Below are positions 48,237 to 51,176 of a DNA stretch of 51,176 bases, piece by piece. Every line of letters begins with the position of its first letter. Positions within the stretch are counted from its first letter, which is position 1. The stretch covers positions 188,948,334 through 188,999,509 of the forward strand of contig NC_068982.1 of assembly GCF_001194135.2 (NCBI RefSeq). The letters run 5' to 3'. The position numbers were made by a program, and so were the translations under genes. The stretch is from Octopus bimaculoides. Lineage: Eukaryota. Under the pieces are notes generated by a model, which saw nothing but the letters and a program-made list of their open reading frames with translations, had not been told where the DNA came from and ran no database searches.

Positions 48237-48640
48237 TTGCTTTTAATGTGTGTGGTTTGTGGGCGGAGGTTTTTGAGTCGTGTAGACCTGGTGAGCCATC
48301 GAAATTCTCACAGAAATCGACCCATGATAAACAATGATGTGACTATTAAAATTCATAACAGAACGTGTGTAAAATGTGGAAGGGTGTGCCTCTCAGTTGG
48401 AGGTCTAAAAAGCCATGTTAAGAGAGTGCATATGGTGGCACCTGTTTCTCCTGCCAACCAGCACGGTTGTCTAGTATGTAATAAAATGTGTAAAGGCTTG
48501 GCCGGGCTTAAAAGTCATATAAGGGCATCACATGGCAACAATCAGGAATCATTTCAGTAAGTCTTCTCGGCAATGGCTTTTCTCATGCAACAAGGATGCA
48601 GCTGTCATGTATGTATGTATGTATGTATGTATGTATATAT
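48237..48640 (+). mobile_element. Probable RTE-clade LINE 3' end encoding three C2H2 fingers
   Basis: The ORF to 48560 has CVVCGRRFLSRVDLVSHRNSH, CVKCGRVCLSVGGLKSHVKRVH and CLVCNKMCKGLAGLKSHIRASH. The GLxSH signature, absence of TGEKP linkers, short 3' UTR and (GTAT)n tail point to a LINE. The 5' part is hidden by a gap. Confidence 0.6.
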
Positions 48641-48844
48641 ATATCTATATCTATATCTATACATACACACAAACACACAATACCATACAGGATGTACATT
48701 GTACATTGAATATACAGAACGCTCCCCTTAAGTATCTCTTTCAACCTTATTCTTATTATCTTTTCCGGTGTCCTACTATTCGTGTCACCTTTTATAAGCA
48801 AGACATTCTTGCTGTCCCACCACTCCACTGTTCAAGATTTAGTA

Positions 48845-49135
48845 TTTATTATTTTCTCTTTATCACAGGTTTTGTTGGAGCTCCTGGAGTCTTGCATGCT
48901 TAACGGACTTCCTACCTCCAGCCTATGGTACCATGCTATCCATTCTTCTCAGCTCTCTAATACTTTCCAGATTATTCTGGCCATGCCAAGGAAGCAAACC
49001 TTTTGTAACAATCCCACTGGACACTCTATTCCAATTTCCTTTATATTCCTCTTGATGCCTTCTGATACTGTCCCCCAAGGACCCAACAATAATTGTCACT
49101 TTCTTCACCCTCTTCATTTTCCATAGCCGGGCTAT
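48845..49135 (-). mobile_element. R4/Dong-like LINE 3' end
   Basis: Highly similar to 8133-8411 and 45330-45600. Confidence 0.82.
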
Positions 49136-49753
49136 TTTGTACTCACTCTCTCCATCAAATCAACATTGTTGAAAAGGTGCACAGGTGTGCCACATGTCAG
49201 GTGTCGCAGTGACTGTAGAGCAGCGTGAGATGAAGGGTTTTGCTCAAGAACACAATGCACCACCTGGTCTAAGAAACGAAACCACAATTTTGCGATAGTG
49301 AGTCCAACACCCTAACCCCTAGGCCATGTGCCCTCACACACACACACACACACACACACATGTTACAAGAGAAGAGATGCTGTATAAGACATCTGAAATA
49401 TATAATCCAAAGCTGAATTAGTAATAGATTATTGCACTCCAACAAGGTACAACATTGCAGTAAATCCAGGTAGAAATAGCTTCCATATATATATATAATT
49501 GGCTAAAACGATCGCTATGAGTAACATATATTTAGAATATAAGCAGAAATGCAGAAATTTCACAGATGGTTTATAATTTAATCTTTCAACAGCTGTTTCA
49601 TTAGGAGTAAACATCATTATTTCTAGAATTAAGTAATTAAGATACATAGTTAATAGAAATCATTAATTAATATACATCCATATAGTATAACTATCTTAAA
49701 TTAAATCAACTTCAACTAAACTTTATTTAAACCATCAGGAATATTGCAGCCTA

Positions 49754-49901
49754 CATTATTTACCTTATTTACATTCGGTGGATATTTGTCCTCATCTTGT
49801 TTGTTGTTAACACAACATTTCGGTTGATATACCCTCCGGCCTTCATCAGGTGTCTTGGGGAAATTTCAAACCTGGCAGTGACCTGAATGATAATAATAAT
49901 A

Positions 49902-49962
<61 letters not shown>

Positions 49963-50189
49963 TAACAACAACAAGAACAACAACAATAATAACAATATTG
50001 AAAAATACCTTAGGAATGAGAACTCAGGTTCGAAATTTCCCCAAGACACCTGATGATGGCTTGGAGGGTATATCAGCCGAAATGTTGTGTTAACAACAAA
50101 CAAGATGAGGACAAATATCCGTCAAATGTAAATAATGTAAATAATGTAAATAATGTACATAATTCCTTGTCTCTTAAATATAGAACTGT
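49754..50189. mobile_element. tRNA-headed hammerhead SINE, inverted duplication, copy 3
   Basis: HHR motifs at 49809-49854 (minus) and 50045-50091 (plus); junction aacctgg|cagtgacc at 49875/49876; degenerate 13-bp TSD atattgcagccta/atattacaagcta. Confidence 0.85.
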
Positions 50190-51075
50190 ATATTACAAGC
50201 TATCCTAATCATAGACCATCACTGGTTTAAATACCATGTGTGTGTGAGTGTGTGTGTGTTTGTGTGTGTGTGTGCATACATACCTACATGCATACATACA
50301 TATATATACATACATACACATATTTGATACCATCTGGGTAATAACCTTATAATATGCATTTCAAAGCTCCTGTACTGTTATTGGCTACCATATGCTATCA
50401 CACTGCAGGATTACCCCTTTTACTAGATATATATGTGGAAATCTGTTAATGTACACAGAATTCTTTGAAAAATTAAAAAAACAAATCATAAATGGAACAG
50501 GCTTTAATCACAAATCACAACAATTGTTTCTGAACATTAGTAACATCTATTAATTGCTGAGTTTTCCATATCATACCATTACATAAAATATTGTATAAAT
50601 AAATATGATCCAGCAGTAGCTGTGTACTGGCACATCATCAGGTGAGTGGCTTTGACAGAAACTGGATCATAATTAATTATAGAAGATTATATGGAAAACT
50701 CGGCAACAACTATAACCAATGCACAGAAACAATTATTGTGATTACGATTAAAGGCTGTTCATTCCATCTCTATAAATTTTTATACATACACACATATATA
50801 TGCACACATACATGTTTACATACATATATACGTATATACATACCTACATACAAACTCACACACACAAACAAACACACATACATGCAATTTATTTTTATAG
50901 AGTGTATTTCAAAGAGCATAACATAAAAAAGATTTTAAACTCCATGTTTCCCATAACACTCCGGAACTAATGTCTAGGAAGAACATTCATTTTACAAAAG
51001 ATAATACCACATTAATTATGTACAGGACAGGAGAATTGAAGTGTTAAACACGATTAGGCTTTATATATATATATG

Positions 51076-51176
51076 TCATCATCATCATCATCATCATCAT
51101 TGTTTAACGTCCGCTTTCCATGCTAGCATGGGTTGGACGATTTGACTGAGGACTGGTGAAACCGGATGGCAACACC
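51076..51176 (-). mobile_element. SINE family E 3' end (cut by the window edge)
   Basis: catcatcattgtttaacgtccgctttccatgctagcatgggttggacg is the reverse complement of the E tail. Confidence 0.85.

Noticed and set aside
48237-48560. Call as a member of the host C2H2 zinc-finger gene expansion
   Set aside because: No TGEKP linkers; the GLxSH signature and tandem-repeat tail point to a LINE. Kept as an open question in findings.

Overview
Eukaryotic, AT-rich, repeat-saturated draft-assembly DNA with N gaps at 4133-4358, 5504-5997, 9361-10041, 15268-15575, 37479-37488, 40370-41023, 43097-43449 and 47930-48236, almost all flanked by microsatellites. The repeat landscape looks like an Octopus genome (inference from recall, not from a search). 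I cannot support any intact host protein-coding gene; the window reads as intronic or intergenic. It contains more than 40 tRNA-headed SINE copies in several modular families (my labels A, B, C, E, H), plus two dispersed repeats of uncertain class (F, G). It also has decayed LINE ends: four R4/Dong-like restriction-like-endonuclease (RLE) fragments, CR1-like ends, and an RTE-like triple zinc-finger tail. Other contents are hAT, Tigger-like and long-TIR non-autonomous DNA transposons, a hAT transposase remnant and a tRNA-iMet pseudogene. The most striking signal is a set of minimal hammerhead ribozyme (HHR) motifs of the Penelope-like type. Six lie in a tRNA-headed SINE present three times, each time as a head-to-head inverted duplication with a different junction and a 13-15 bp target-site duplication (TSD; degenerate in the third copy). 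A second HHR family with a 10-nt palindromic stem III shows a similar inverted architecture, and several more variant cores are scattered through the window.
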